DNA of 64,000 nt from Bugula neritina (taxonomy: Eukaryota > Animalia > Bryozoa), in assembly GCA_964035545.1 (NCBI GenBank), contig OZ037771.1, forward strand, positions 7,659,190 through 7,723,189, read 5' to 3'. The number at the start of each line of letters is the position of its first letter. The first letter of the stretch is position 1. Both the position numbers and the translations under genes were made by a program. Below the pieces are notes generated by a model. The model was not told where the DNA came from. It ran no database searches and saw only the letters and a list, made by a program, of their open reading frames with translations. Positions 23,992 to 35,900 of this stretch are shown here, piece after piece.

Positions 23992-26900
23992 CTGTAGATA
24001 CAGACTATGTAATTAGTTTAGTACTTATTCATCTCATATTATAAGCAACTGAAGAATAATGAGTTAAAAATCATCCATGAGTAGACTAATATGGTTTCGG
24101 ACATATTGTGTGGCTTTAACACAGGTGCCAGCCTTAACAGTGCTGGGAAAATTGAAAGTACAACCTGGCAGTTTGTTCCATAGATTAGTGACCATCATTC
24201 ATACTTACCGTACCGTAGGCCGTAACAGCAAATATCAGCCATTTTTACAAATGTCTGAGCTTCCTGTATGGCATTGTGGTACGTTAGGATCAAGCGCTGC
24301 TTGATTCAAAAATGTTGCGGCGGCTTTCTATTGGACAGAAAAACTTTTGCGTCAACGCTCAAGGAGAGCCAAGGCTATACAGAGATAACAGAGAGGAGAG
24401 CCAAGGCTATAGAGAGACAATAGAGAAGAGAGCCAAGGCTATACAGAGATAACAGAAAAGAGAGCCAAGGCTATACAGAGATGACAGAGAGGAGAGCCAA
24501 GGCTATAGAATATTCAACATGACATACAAACCTCTGAAGTGTTGATGAAGAGAGACTTGATACTCTGATTAGTAGTAGGAACTAGTGTCAACTTGGTAAG
24601 ATCTTCTGAAGTGGAGGTAGTACCTTCTTCTTCGTCCGAAACATCACTCAGTACATCATCAGTACCAACAGTATGAGTAGCAGCTCCACTGTGTCCAATA
24701 TTATCTACATGTACAGGAAACATCACATAAACAGCTCACAGAAATGTAATGAAACCAGCAACCTACAGGAACAACTTCAACTGTCAATAACAAACATGGA
24801 GAATCAGAAAGGAAGAAAGTTATTCCTAATCAATTCACTAGAAGTAAGTTTAACTCAAGATACCTGGTGGCTTGTAGTTGGTCTTCACAAAGTCACTCAG
24901 TTTCTGCAGCTCATCTCCAGAAAGCTGAAAAACTGCAATATAAGTATGAATTATGGAGGTTGCTATTACTTGGACAGTACATCGCCATCTAAATATTCTA
25001 TAAATAACCCAACAGAAGACAATCATACTAACTTGGGTGTAAAAGACAAGCTGGGATATCTCTGTATTTTCCACATCTACCAGGTGATGAATCTGAAGTC
25101 ATGGGAAGGGATTCACCATACTTTGGAGGTCGACACCAGGGTGGGTTGATGAACCTCTTTGGTCGCTTTTCTCCAACCAATGGGCAGTGAGCACACAAGT
25201 TGATACAGGTAATTTTACTTGCTCCCCACCATAAGTTGAAGTACTTTACGGTTGAATGAACTGAAGTGGTCAACATCCTCCAAGCATTGCCTATCTGTCG
25301 ACAAGCAGACGTTACGGAGATACTGAGTTTACAAGATTTGTAGTCATGCAGCAACTGCAGGGTGTAAGCTTCGTCTCTCAGCTCCACTCCATTCTTTTTC
25401 ACAGCTTTTTCACTACAATCCTGGATATCATTGAGAAGTTTCACAGAAATCTGGTGGTAAACGTACTGAGGGGGAGTCAGGCCACCAAACAACATGTCTA
25501 CTGACAGCTTTACAGGTTGTCTCCTGGAGGCAGTCAAGTCGGTGAAATACTCCTGTGAGCAGTATGGCATAGTGTAACTTAGTTTCTGGGATGAATCTTT
25601 CATCTCGAATAACAACTGGAAAGATTGCAGCAATGCGACTGCCACCTTCATCTTGTCACTCGTGGTGAAGCTGGTCTCTGCTATCAGAAGATGCTGAAAC
25701 AGCTTCTCACCCATCCCGCCAGTTCGAACAAACTCTTGAGCCAAATTATTAAACTCTGTTTTATTTTCTGTCAACAGAATATCAAGTGAATCCTCTTCAA
25801 TCGCTGACCGTCGATTGCTCCACACTTCCTTCTCGTGAGTGAAGAATACGTGGAGCAGCTTTGTAACCACGGAGATGTCGTAGAATACCAGAGACTGCAA
25901 ACTCTCCCTATCCTGGTACCAAATGAGATGGCCGCTGTTATGCATGTATGACAGAATCACTCTCAGCTGGTCTTCACTTTCCAACTTGCATTCAGTGACA
26001 AGTTGAAGCACTTCTGGAAATGTCTTGTAACTTCCATGGAATGAGTTGAATGTTTGAGCAACTTTTCTCCACAGAGTAGGCACCTTCTTCACGACTAGTT
26101 TACTATCAGATATGATATGACTTCTCAGCTGATCAAACACCTCTTCATATTCATCACCCACAACATATATATCTTGTTCTTGAAACATCTCTTGGCACTG
26201 AAAAAGAAAAACTTGTGCAAAGGAGCTGGAATAATTCTCTTTAGAATTTTCTTCTAGTTGTATCAAATTGAATACACTTTTGGTGTGGAAAAAGAACAGC
26301 CTTTTTAGCTCTTCAAATCCATCTGCACTGTAAGCATCTCGGTGAGTGAAAACCAGTTTGGGTGCTCTGAGCCCGGGATTGGCCAGGTACAGATGTGAGA
26401 GCCAATCAAAATATGTGCATCGAACTGCTTCATTACCATTCACTTCTAAACAGAGCTCTTCAAACTCTTTTAGATTCACAACCACAATAGGAATACAGTT
26501 CTGTTTCAACGTGAACTGGTAGGTAGATTGGTATATTTTATTGCCACCAAAATCTATGAACTGAAGAACATTGTCACCAACCACTAACTTTTCCATATTG
26601 AAGACACGAGTTATTTCATCTTCCACTGCATCAGCCGCTCTATTGGTTAATTTCCTTTTGCCATCTGATCCCACCAGCGTTTTAGTCAGGCTGGTTTTGC
26701 CAGACAGCGATCTACCCACTAGAGCGACCGTAGCTTCAGAAACTTCTACATGACCACCAGAACTAAGATCGTTATAATACTGTCTGATAGCTGGTAGTCC
26801 GTCTACACACACAGCATAAGGTGGAGATGTGAGTGATACACACATGTAGCAGTACAGTTTAGTCAGATTAGGCATGTTGAGAAGTTGAGGAGTTAAAGAT

Positions 26901-29900
26901 GTCATCTGAGAGTTGAGTGACAAGTCTAAGACTTGGAGATTCTTGAGTTGACCAACACTACCAAGTAAGTATACAGTATAACTTTAGTATTATTCTATAT
27001 CAAATGTGTTATGTTTAAAAGTAAAACTTGATTGAATACATAATAGTTAGGTATCTAATATAGCCTGAGAGAGAAATAGTGTTTGACAGCACAACTGTTG
27101 CAAATGACTAGAACACAGGCCAAACTGAAAATATACCGATTACTTGACTTAACAGTAAAACTATTACAGTGAAAAAATAGAGTATTGAGTCACAATTTAC
27201 AAATTGTGTTACATGTAAAAACTTTGGATCTACAATAATACAATTGTAATATATGGAAATTGTATTATTGCAAAACTATTAAAGCCATGCGTAAAAGTTT
27301 TGACACCCTCATACATTTTTGCAGCTTTGAAAAATGGCTAAACAGGATGTTCAATCTCCTAATGTTTCAAACAATTTAAAGTAATGCCATAATGTTACAT
27401 ATGGTATTGTGTGTTGTTTTGTAATCTAACTAAACACATTTAAACAATTTCAAATAGATAAACTATATTTGCTCTTAGAAGTTCCTGATATGAAGTAAAT
27501 TTTCCTGTGTTGTTTACCCATTTAGGTTAATTTTTGCCTTCATACCATTGTACATTCAAGGCAAAATAGTGTATTGTGAATGAATATTTACAAAGTTTCA
27601 ATCTGGGAACAAACATTGCGCAACTTAAAATGAAACTGTATTACAGACTGAGTAAGCAGCAATGACATAATATACCTCACAATTCTACTATTTTCTAAAC
27701 TCAAACTTCACTTCATTATGATGAGTGGTGGAAGACAAAATTTTAGTAGACAGCAGTCATCAAACTAAGAAGTGTAATGTTTTGAATGTTAACTGCATGC
27801 ATTAGAGTTGTTTGTTATTACTGCATGAATCAGATGATTTTTGGCAACTGTATGATGTCATATTCTGCATGTATATAACATGAAGATTTACAAATAAATA
27901 GTTAGTTTTAGCTCTCAACGAAGTGTAGTCTCTACAGCATAAATATAATAACTGCAACTTAACACAACATAAAAAGAAGTACTAAAAGAAAGAAGTAATT
28001 AGGTTTGGTTTTGCAGCATTACAGAAAACTGGGGAGTGAGTTTTGGAATGTTATGACATTGGTGATTTCATACTTATAATTGGCTCATGAAAATTACTAC
28101 TCTATGGCAAGAACTGGTGAAATAAAAATTTCTGAAAGATAAATTCATGCTGCCAGCTTTGTGGAGATTATGCAGAAAAAAGCAACTTTAGAGAAAGTAT
28201 AAAAAATTTACTTTCTACCATACTTTCCTAGTAAAAGAGAGGAAGTTCAAGTACTTCAGTGGCCCATGCAAAAGTTAAAATAGATTTATAGACAATACAA
28301 AGAAAAGTAGCTGAGATAAAACCAACTGACATGGTCCATTTAGCTAGAACTGTCATCAATGCATGGTACAGGATGTGAGATAAACTACAAAATCAGCTGT
28401 GCTAGTGGAGAATATGTCAGCCTACTGCCTAGCAGTCATTGGTGCTAATAGTTACTCACTCACACTGAAACACTGACATGTTATGTGCAAGAATCTTTTC
28501 ACACACAGAAGACATCCCATTCTACAATCTTCTTCATTTTGCTAACCAAATAAAGAGAAAATTTCAATTCACGCATAATTATGTTTTAGTGCAAAATTTG
28601 ATGGTAAAGGGCTTTTTAGCACTTTTCTATCAATAATCTCGTGTTATACAGTTGAAAATTATCTAGAGTTGTAGCTCAGCCAATCAGTTCCATTATATAC
28701 ATATTCAAATATTTTTAGCATGTAAAATTTCAGAAATTGCAAATAAAGATGTAAACTTGTAAACAATTTGGGGGTGTCAAAACTTTTACTCGTGACTGTA
28801 TAATATATTGCAAGCTGCAATCAGATTTATTCAAACTTAGTAATCTCTATAGTTTATATAAAATAGATGATCATATATGATATCTTATATGTTTACATAA
28901 TAGTAAAACATATATAACTAATATAACTCACCTGTCTGATAATGTATGTAAGTGACAGTCCTCTAGACTTAACTGTGTAAGTGACTCCATCTTTGGTATC
29001 ACCTCAGGTAATGTTCCTAACTTATTACCAGACACAACTAATGTGTGTAGATGTGTGAGTTGGGAGAGACTGTAATATACATACAATATACCATGACTAT
29101 AATTATACAAGTTACAGGAATATTATATGGTAGATATGCGGTGACTCTAAATTATTATTGCCTTGCAGGTAAGAATTGTGTCAGTTATCTCTGTTTTAGT
29201 ATTATATCCACTTCATCACTAGAGAGTAGGTATGCTGGGACTTCTAGTATCACTTCTATTATACTTTATTATATGTTTACATAATAGTAGAACATATATA
29301 ACTAATATAACTCACCTGTCTGGTAATATATGTAAGTCACAGTACTGTAGAAATATCTCTGTAAGTGACTCCATCTTTGGTATTACCTCAGGTAATGTTC
29401 CTAACTTATTCTCAGACACATCTAATGTGTGTAGATGTGTGAGTTGGGAGAGACTGTAATATACATACAATATACCATGACTATAATTATACAAGTGACA
29501 GGTATCTTATATGATAGATATGCAGTGAGTCTCAATTATTATTGCTTTGTAACTTGTAAGTATGAATTGGGTAAGTTATTAGCATTTGAGTATTATATTC
29601 ACTTTATCACTAGAGAGTGGGTATGCTGGGACTACTAGTATTAATTTTATTCTACTTTATTATATATGTTTACATAATAGTAGACTATATATAACTAATA
29701 TAACTCACCTGTCAGGTAATGTGTGTAAGTAACAGTACTGTAGACGTAACTCTGTAAGTGACTCCATCTTTGGTATCATCTCAGGTAATGTTCCTAACTT
29801 ATTATAGGACACATTTAATGTGTGTAGATGTGTGAGTTGGGAGAGACTGTAATATACATACAATATACCATGACTATAATTATACAAGTTACAGGAATAT

Positions 29901-32900
29901 TATGTCAAACATGTTATGAGCTTTTATTATTTCTGCTCTGCAAGTATGAATTGTTTATAGTCTGGCAGAAAAACACCAATTTTTGACTTAGGTTCGCACC
30001 CCCGGATAAAGTTTTTTTCTCTCCTGATTATTCAAATATAGGGTCTAGGTAAATGTTTCCAGGTGGGTGTGGACTTCTTACCCTTGAGCATTTTGAGAAA
30101 TTCAAGATGGCCGCCAGGCACCAAATGATTTTTTCTAATTCAAATGTACCTACCCATTGGGGCTAAATTTAAGGTTCCAATGCTTTGAAATCTTTAGAAA
30201 TTAATATAATAAAGATGCATGTGCCTTTATCATATGCATTATTGAGTAATAGGCAAATGATACCCAAGGGTAACTAAGCTAAGCCTTAATCATTCATTTT
30301 TTCAAGTTTAACCTAGCCTTGCCGTGTTTATAATTTCCTTTTATCTCTGCATCAGTTTGTTCTAACTTCATAAAAGTTTACTATATGGTGTGATTTTATA
30401 TGCTGATTACAAGTATGTCCACCAAATAAAGCTGAAAGGAGTTCTGCAAACTTAAAATGCAACGTCATTGCCATATGAGTTGAATAGCAATTTATTTCCA
30501 ACTGGCATGCCTATCGAAAAGATTTGTTGAGCTGCCAACTTAATAGTTATTTTCAGTTTTAAAACTTTAGCTATGTTTTTTAAAGTTATAAAAAGGGGTC
30601 AAAAATTTTAATAACACAGCACCAAGGCTTCTTAACATAATTTAATTGCTTTATTATTGACACATCATTTATCTAAATATTGACATTTTTGCTTTCGAAA
30701 ACTATTTCTACAATCAGCCCATTTGACTTTTCCTCTAAAAGCATTTGCAACAGTTTTTTATAAATGAAAATGTATTTCATGCTGAGGGAAGTAATACATC
30801 TATTAGAACAGTGGTTCCCTACCTTTTTCATACCAATCCCCTTTCATTAACGTTTACTATTAATTTCTCCCCTTTTAATGACCTATGTTGGGTGCACTGG
30901 AACACTAATAGCTGAAAGTGGTTTGGTAGAAGTAGTTAATTCTACTTTTGGTTGTTTCTCCAAAATGCTAAATAGAAAAAGTTTCTCCAGAATGTACAAG
31001 GTTTGAGAATATTGGTGGGAGAACTGTTAAAGCTAGTCTTGATGAAAGTGTAATCACTAGCATGAAGGAGCTTGAAAAGATGTTGATTAAGATTGCAGAG
31101 AGCTCAAGAACAGCAAAACTGTGGGCCATGTGCTTTATTGGACCAATTTTTACCATCAACACCCACATCATATCTGTTAGAAAATGAGACTGGGCCTTAT
31201 ACCTAGCAATAGAAGAGGAAATGCACTATCTGCATAGCGTGGAGGTCATGCCACAAGATGTAAGGATTGAATTCGCGGCTGGTAACCACGCAATGCATCA
31301 TAAACGCGGCCAGCTCGACGGCATCTGGTCAGACATGACCATTGAGGTGACCTTTGTGAGATTTGGTCACAGCAAGGGGGAATCATTGGCATCACCACTA
31401 AATTTGAAACTCTCAAGGTGTGGGTGTACAGCACTTCTGCATGCAACAAAATATAGTATGGCCTCAGTGACATCAGGGATGAGTCTGAAATAAATGCTTT
31501 CACTACTCATAAGGATGAGATGCAATCAAGAATCCAATCTGATTCAAAGGACAGGGAGTCTGTCAAACGGAAGATTGAACTCTGCAGTGACCCACTAAAA
31601 GAATGATGCCACCCAGTTGCTCTTGTCAATATTGAAGCAGATAAGTGCAACTGAGATGAGGATGCTTAAAAAAATTTACAATATGAATTGGGAAGACCAT
31701 GTAACAAATGATAATATAAAGGAGGAGGCCAAAATAGAAGCTATCGCAATACACATGAGGAGAAGACCTCTTCAATAGTATGGACATGTGCGCAGAAGAG
31801 ATATGGAGGAAGATATTATAATGGTGGCTGAGATGAAGATACAGAGAAAGAGAAAGGGAGAGGGGGGAGGGGGCAAAAAAGGTTAACGGATACAGTGAAG
31901 GATGGCATACTGAAATGTGGCTTCTCAGATGAAGATGTTGACAATAGAATCAGATGACACTCTCTGATAGCACTTGGTGCCCTGCAAAACCGCTACTCAT
32001 CTTGGACAACGGCGTACTGGATGAGAAAGTCTGAGACAAAGCCCTATGATGAACAATTTGCTGCCTTCCCATGGTCTCTCAGGGGCAACAATGTAGAATA
32101 TTGGAAAGGGAGTCCAGTCATACTAAATGTCTTGGTAGAAGGAAAATGTGATTTGGTGACACTAGTGCTTTTTTCAGGATTACTATTCATACAAGCTACC
32201 AAGTTTATGCTATGTTGCTACAATTATGCAAAGTGCTCCTCCATGACATCTACAAGACAAAAGACTTGGGAAACCAAGGTCAGCAATGCTATTTGCGATG
32301 TGCCTTTAACTTATGTACTTTGCCTCCTACAGATGAAGCTATTGGACAATGTCACCAGAGCACACCTCCAGGTAGCCATATGAAACTGCGGCATTAAGCC
32401 CACTAGAACATTGGTAAGTGATAGGGAATCTAATAGAATCTCTTTTCCCAAAAGGATTATGAAATGATGTTGTGCTTACACCAGACAGTATTATGAAGTA
32501 GATCATGTTAGTTAATTTGGTGTACACTCGACGGCTCTAGCTTTTGGCGATTTTTTACAGTTTAGCTGCTATTGTATACAGATTTTTGCCTCAAACTATC
32601 AAAATTTTAACAAATAAAACTGAATAATTAAGGTTTTTCCAATTATGCATGATTTTCTATGTCTATTCCTAATTTATTATTACATTGAGATATTATATAG
32701 GCCGTGATGATTCACAAATTTATATTCAGCTCGTATGACAATGACGCCGCGCTTAAATGTTGCAGGACCTCTTCCCAGTCATTTTGTTATGCATAGATAG
32801 AATCAGCAAATTCTATTACCCCATATAGTAAGTTTCATGAATTTTGAGCAAACTTTAAAATGTTTGATCATAATCTGCTGATGTGTACTAAATAAAGTAA

Positions 32901-35900
32901 AATGGCCCAAATTCATTAAATGCTCCTGTGGAAGCCAACAATCATGTTAAACAACAAGATATGGCTATTCTAGTACATCTATCCCATGCACAGAGTTCTG
33001 CCCTTGTGAAGCAGTAACAGGAGTGTGCTGCAATGAACTAACATTTCTAACAAATACTAATGTTAAAAAAAAATGAAAAAGGTGTTTAATATGAACATGA
33101 GTGAAAGTTTGTCGCATTTGTACGATTATATATACGTTCAATTTTAACTTTAGCTGAGCAATATGTTGCATCTGTATCTTTTTTTCACTTTTTATTTCCT
33201 GGCAATAAGTAATGTTTTTTTTCTATATCTGCCCAGTGCCCAAACAGTCATTCAAAAACCTTGTATCATTTCTCTGCACCATATGTGATGTTTTATTGAA
33301 GCAATTCCGATTTTTGAGCTGAAAAACATGTCTCTTAGCTCTTTACTTTGATTTCTTTTTTACTGGCATTGCACATATTCATTCTAAAAATGCACATCTA
33401 TTTTAATCATCAAAAAAATTTTGTTTTTGCAACATAATATAGACTTTATGCCGACTAGATTACGATTTTTTCATAATTGGCGGCCATCTTGGATTTCTCG
33501 AAATGCTCAAGGGTGGCAGGTCCACACCCACCTGGAAACATCTACCTGGACCCTCAAGATAAATAATCAAAAGAGAAAAAAACTTTATCCGAGATTGCGA
33601 ACCTAACCCCCAGTTCTGCCAGACTATTAAGTTATTAGTGCTTATGAATTCAATTTAAAACTGGAGAGTTGGTATGCTGAGATTACTAGTATCAGTTTTA
33701 TTATACTTTATTATATGTTTACATAATAGTAGAACATATATAACTAAGATATCTCACATGTCTGGTAATGTATGTAAGTGACAGTCCTCTAGACTTAACT
33801 CTGTAAGTGACTCCATCTTTGGTATCACCTCAGGTAATGTTTCTAACTTATTCTCAGAAACATCTAATGTGTGTAGATGTGTGAGTTGGGAGAGACTGTA
33901 ATATATATACGATATACCATGACTATAATTATACAAGTTACAGGAATGGTATACGGCAGATATGCAGTGAATATAAATTATTATTGCCTTGTAAGTATGA
34001 ATTGGGTACATTATTTGCATTTGAGTATTATATCCACTATATTATTAGAGAGTTGGTATGCTGGGACTACTAGTAATAATTTTATCATACTTTATTATAT
34101 GTTTACATAATAGTAGAACATATATAACTAATATAACTCACCTGTCAGGTAATGTGTGTAAGTAACAGTACTGTAAATGTAACTCTGTAAGTGACTCCAT
34201 CTTTGGTATCACCTCAGGTAATGTTCCTAACATATTATAAGACACATCTAATGTGTGTAGATGTGTGAGTTGAGAGAGACTGTAATATACATACAATATA
34301 CCATGACCATAAATATACAAGTTACAGCAATGGTATGCAGTGGGTTTATAACATTATAGCTTTTCAAGTATGAGATGTGGAACTTATTTTTGTTTTTGTT
34401 CAATTTATTACTGTAAAGTTGGTATGCTGGGACTACCAGTTTCAGTTATATTATACTTTATTATATGTTTACATTATAGTAGATTATATATAACTAATAT
34501 GTCTCACCTGTCTGGTAATGTATGTAAGTCACATTCCCGTAGATTTAACTCTGTAAGTGACTCCATCTTTGGTATCACCTCAGGTAATGTTCCTAACTTA
34601 CTAAAAGACACATCTAATGTGTGTAAATGTGTGAGTTGGGAGAGACTGTAATATACATACAATATACCATGACTATAATTATACAAGTTACAGAAATATT
34701 ACGTTAAACATACTTTGAGGTTATATAAGGTGAAGAACAAAAACAAGGACCAAGAAAAACACAGCTAACTGCCTGAGACTTGGAACTTGGAACTAGAATG
34801 ACCCTCCTAGCTGTTCCAAACTTCAAGCTTCTCGGCCACTGCCAATGGGCCATGCAATTTGCAGATGATGTAATGCTGTGCAATGGATAGGCAAATAGAG
34901 TGATAGGTTAGAAGAACAGAGAAAAGAAAATTAGAAGATGCTGGACTAAAGCTGGGCAGAATCAAGACCGAGTACATGCTACCAGTGAGAATAGATAACA
35001 AGGAGAAGAAGAAATACTATGACTGAGATAACTACAGTGCTCTGCCTGAGACTAGTGCTTTCAAATGTCTTGCAACTATAATAATCAGAATGGTGGGTTG
35101 TGGCACTGAAGTAGCTAGGAGGATTGGAGTGACTTGGGACAAGTGGAAGGATCTCTCAGAAGTGCTGTGCGATAAGAAGGTATCAACTAAACATACAGTA
35201 CTTCTGTTTAGAATATCCATTCTGTATGGTAATGAAACCTGGTCAGTTACTCATGGGATGGAAGACGGGATGAAGACAGTAGAAATGATACACAATTTTG
35301 GGATAACTTACGAGGAGTTGATGAATTGTATCCACCATATTACTGGAGAGTTGGTATGCTGGGACTACTAGTATCAGTTCTATTCTACTCTATTATATAT
35401 GTACATAGAATTAGAACACAGAGGGAATGTAGTATACTTACATACAAAATTAGCAATTAGACCAAAGTAAATATGGGAAGAAAGTGCTTTTTAAGAGATT
35501 AGATGATTCAGTGTAACAAATTGCTAAATCAAAAGAAGTTGTAACAATTTTCCTGTAAAGAGAATGTTGAAGATGGGTTTTGCTCTGCATGGCCCGACTT
35601 TGCTGCCAAGGTACCCACCTGAGAATTACTGAATACAGAAGGAGAGTAAAAAAGTTGGACAAAAAAAGTAGATAAATCTCTGTAGCTTCAATTCACTTAA
35701 ACTTGACTCTGATGCAAGTAAATTATGATGCAGTATAAAACTGGCCATAGGTGTGATAGTAGCTGTAAGGCAGGCAATAACAGGTAGGCCTAACTACAAC
35801 TACTTTGAGATAATGAGAATAAAGTGTTCACATCCCTGGACTAAGTATAAAGTGATTATAAAAGCTGGAGATACAATTGAGATAATGCTGATAGGTAGGA

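Larger units (their letters stand above)
28932..34645 (-). repeat. Six 138-bp double-LRR cassette exons of copy B
   Basis: Same cassette; spacings 384, 393, 384, 366 bp; two triplets separated by the Academ-like insertion. Confidence 0.92.

Noticed and set aside
24673-25149. Plus-strand 107-158 aa ORFs (MSSSSTVSN...) in all three copies
   Set aside because: Antisense to real exons, conservation explained by recent duplication, truncated in A, no recognisable domain
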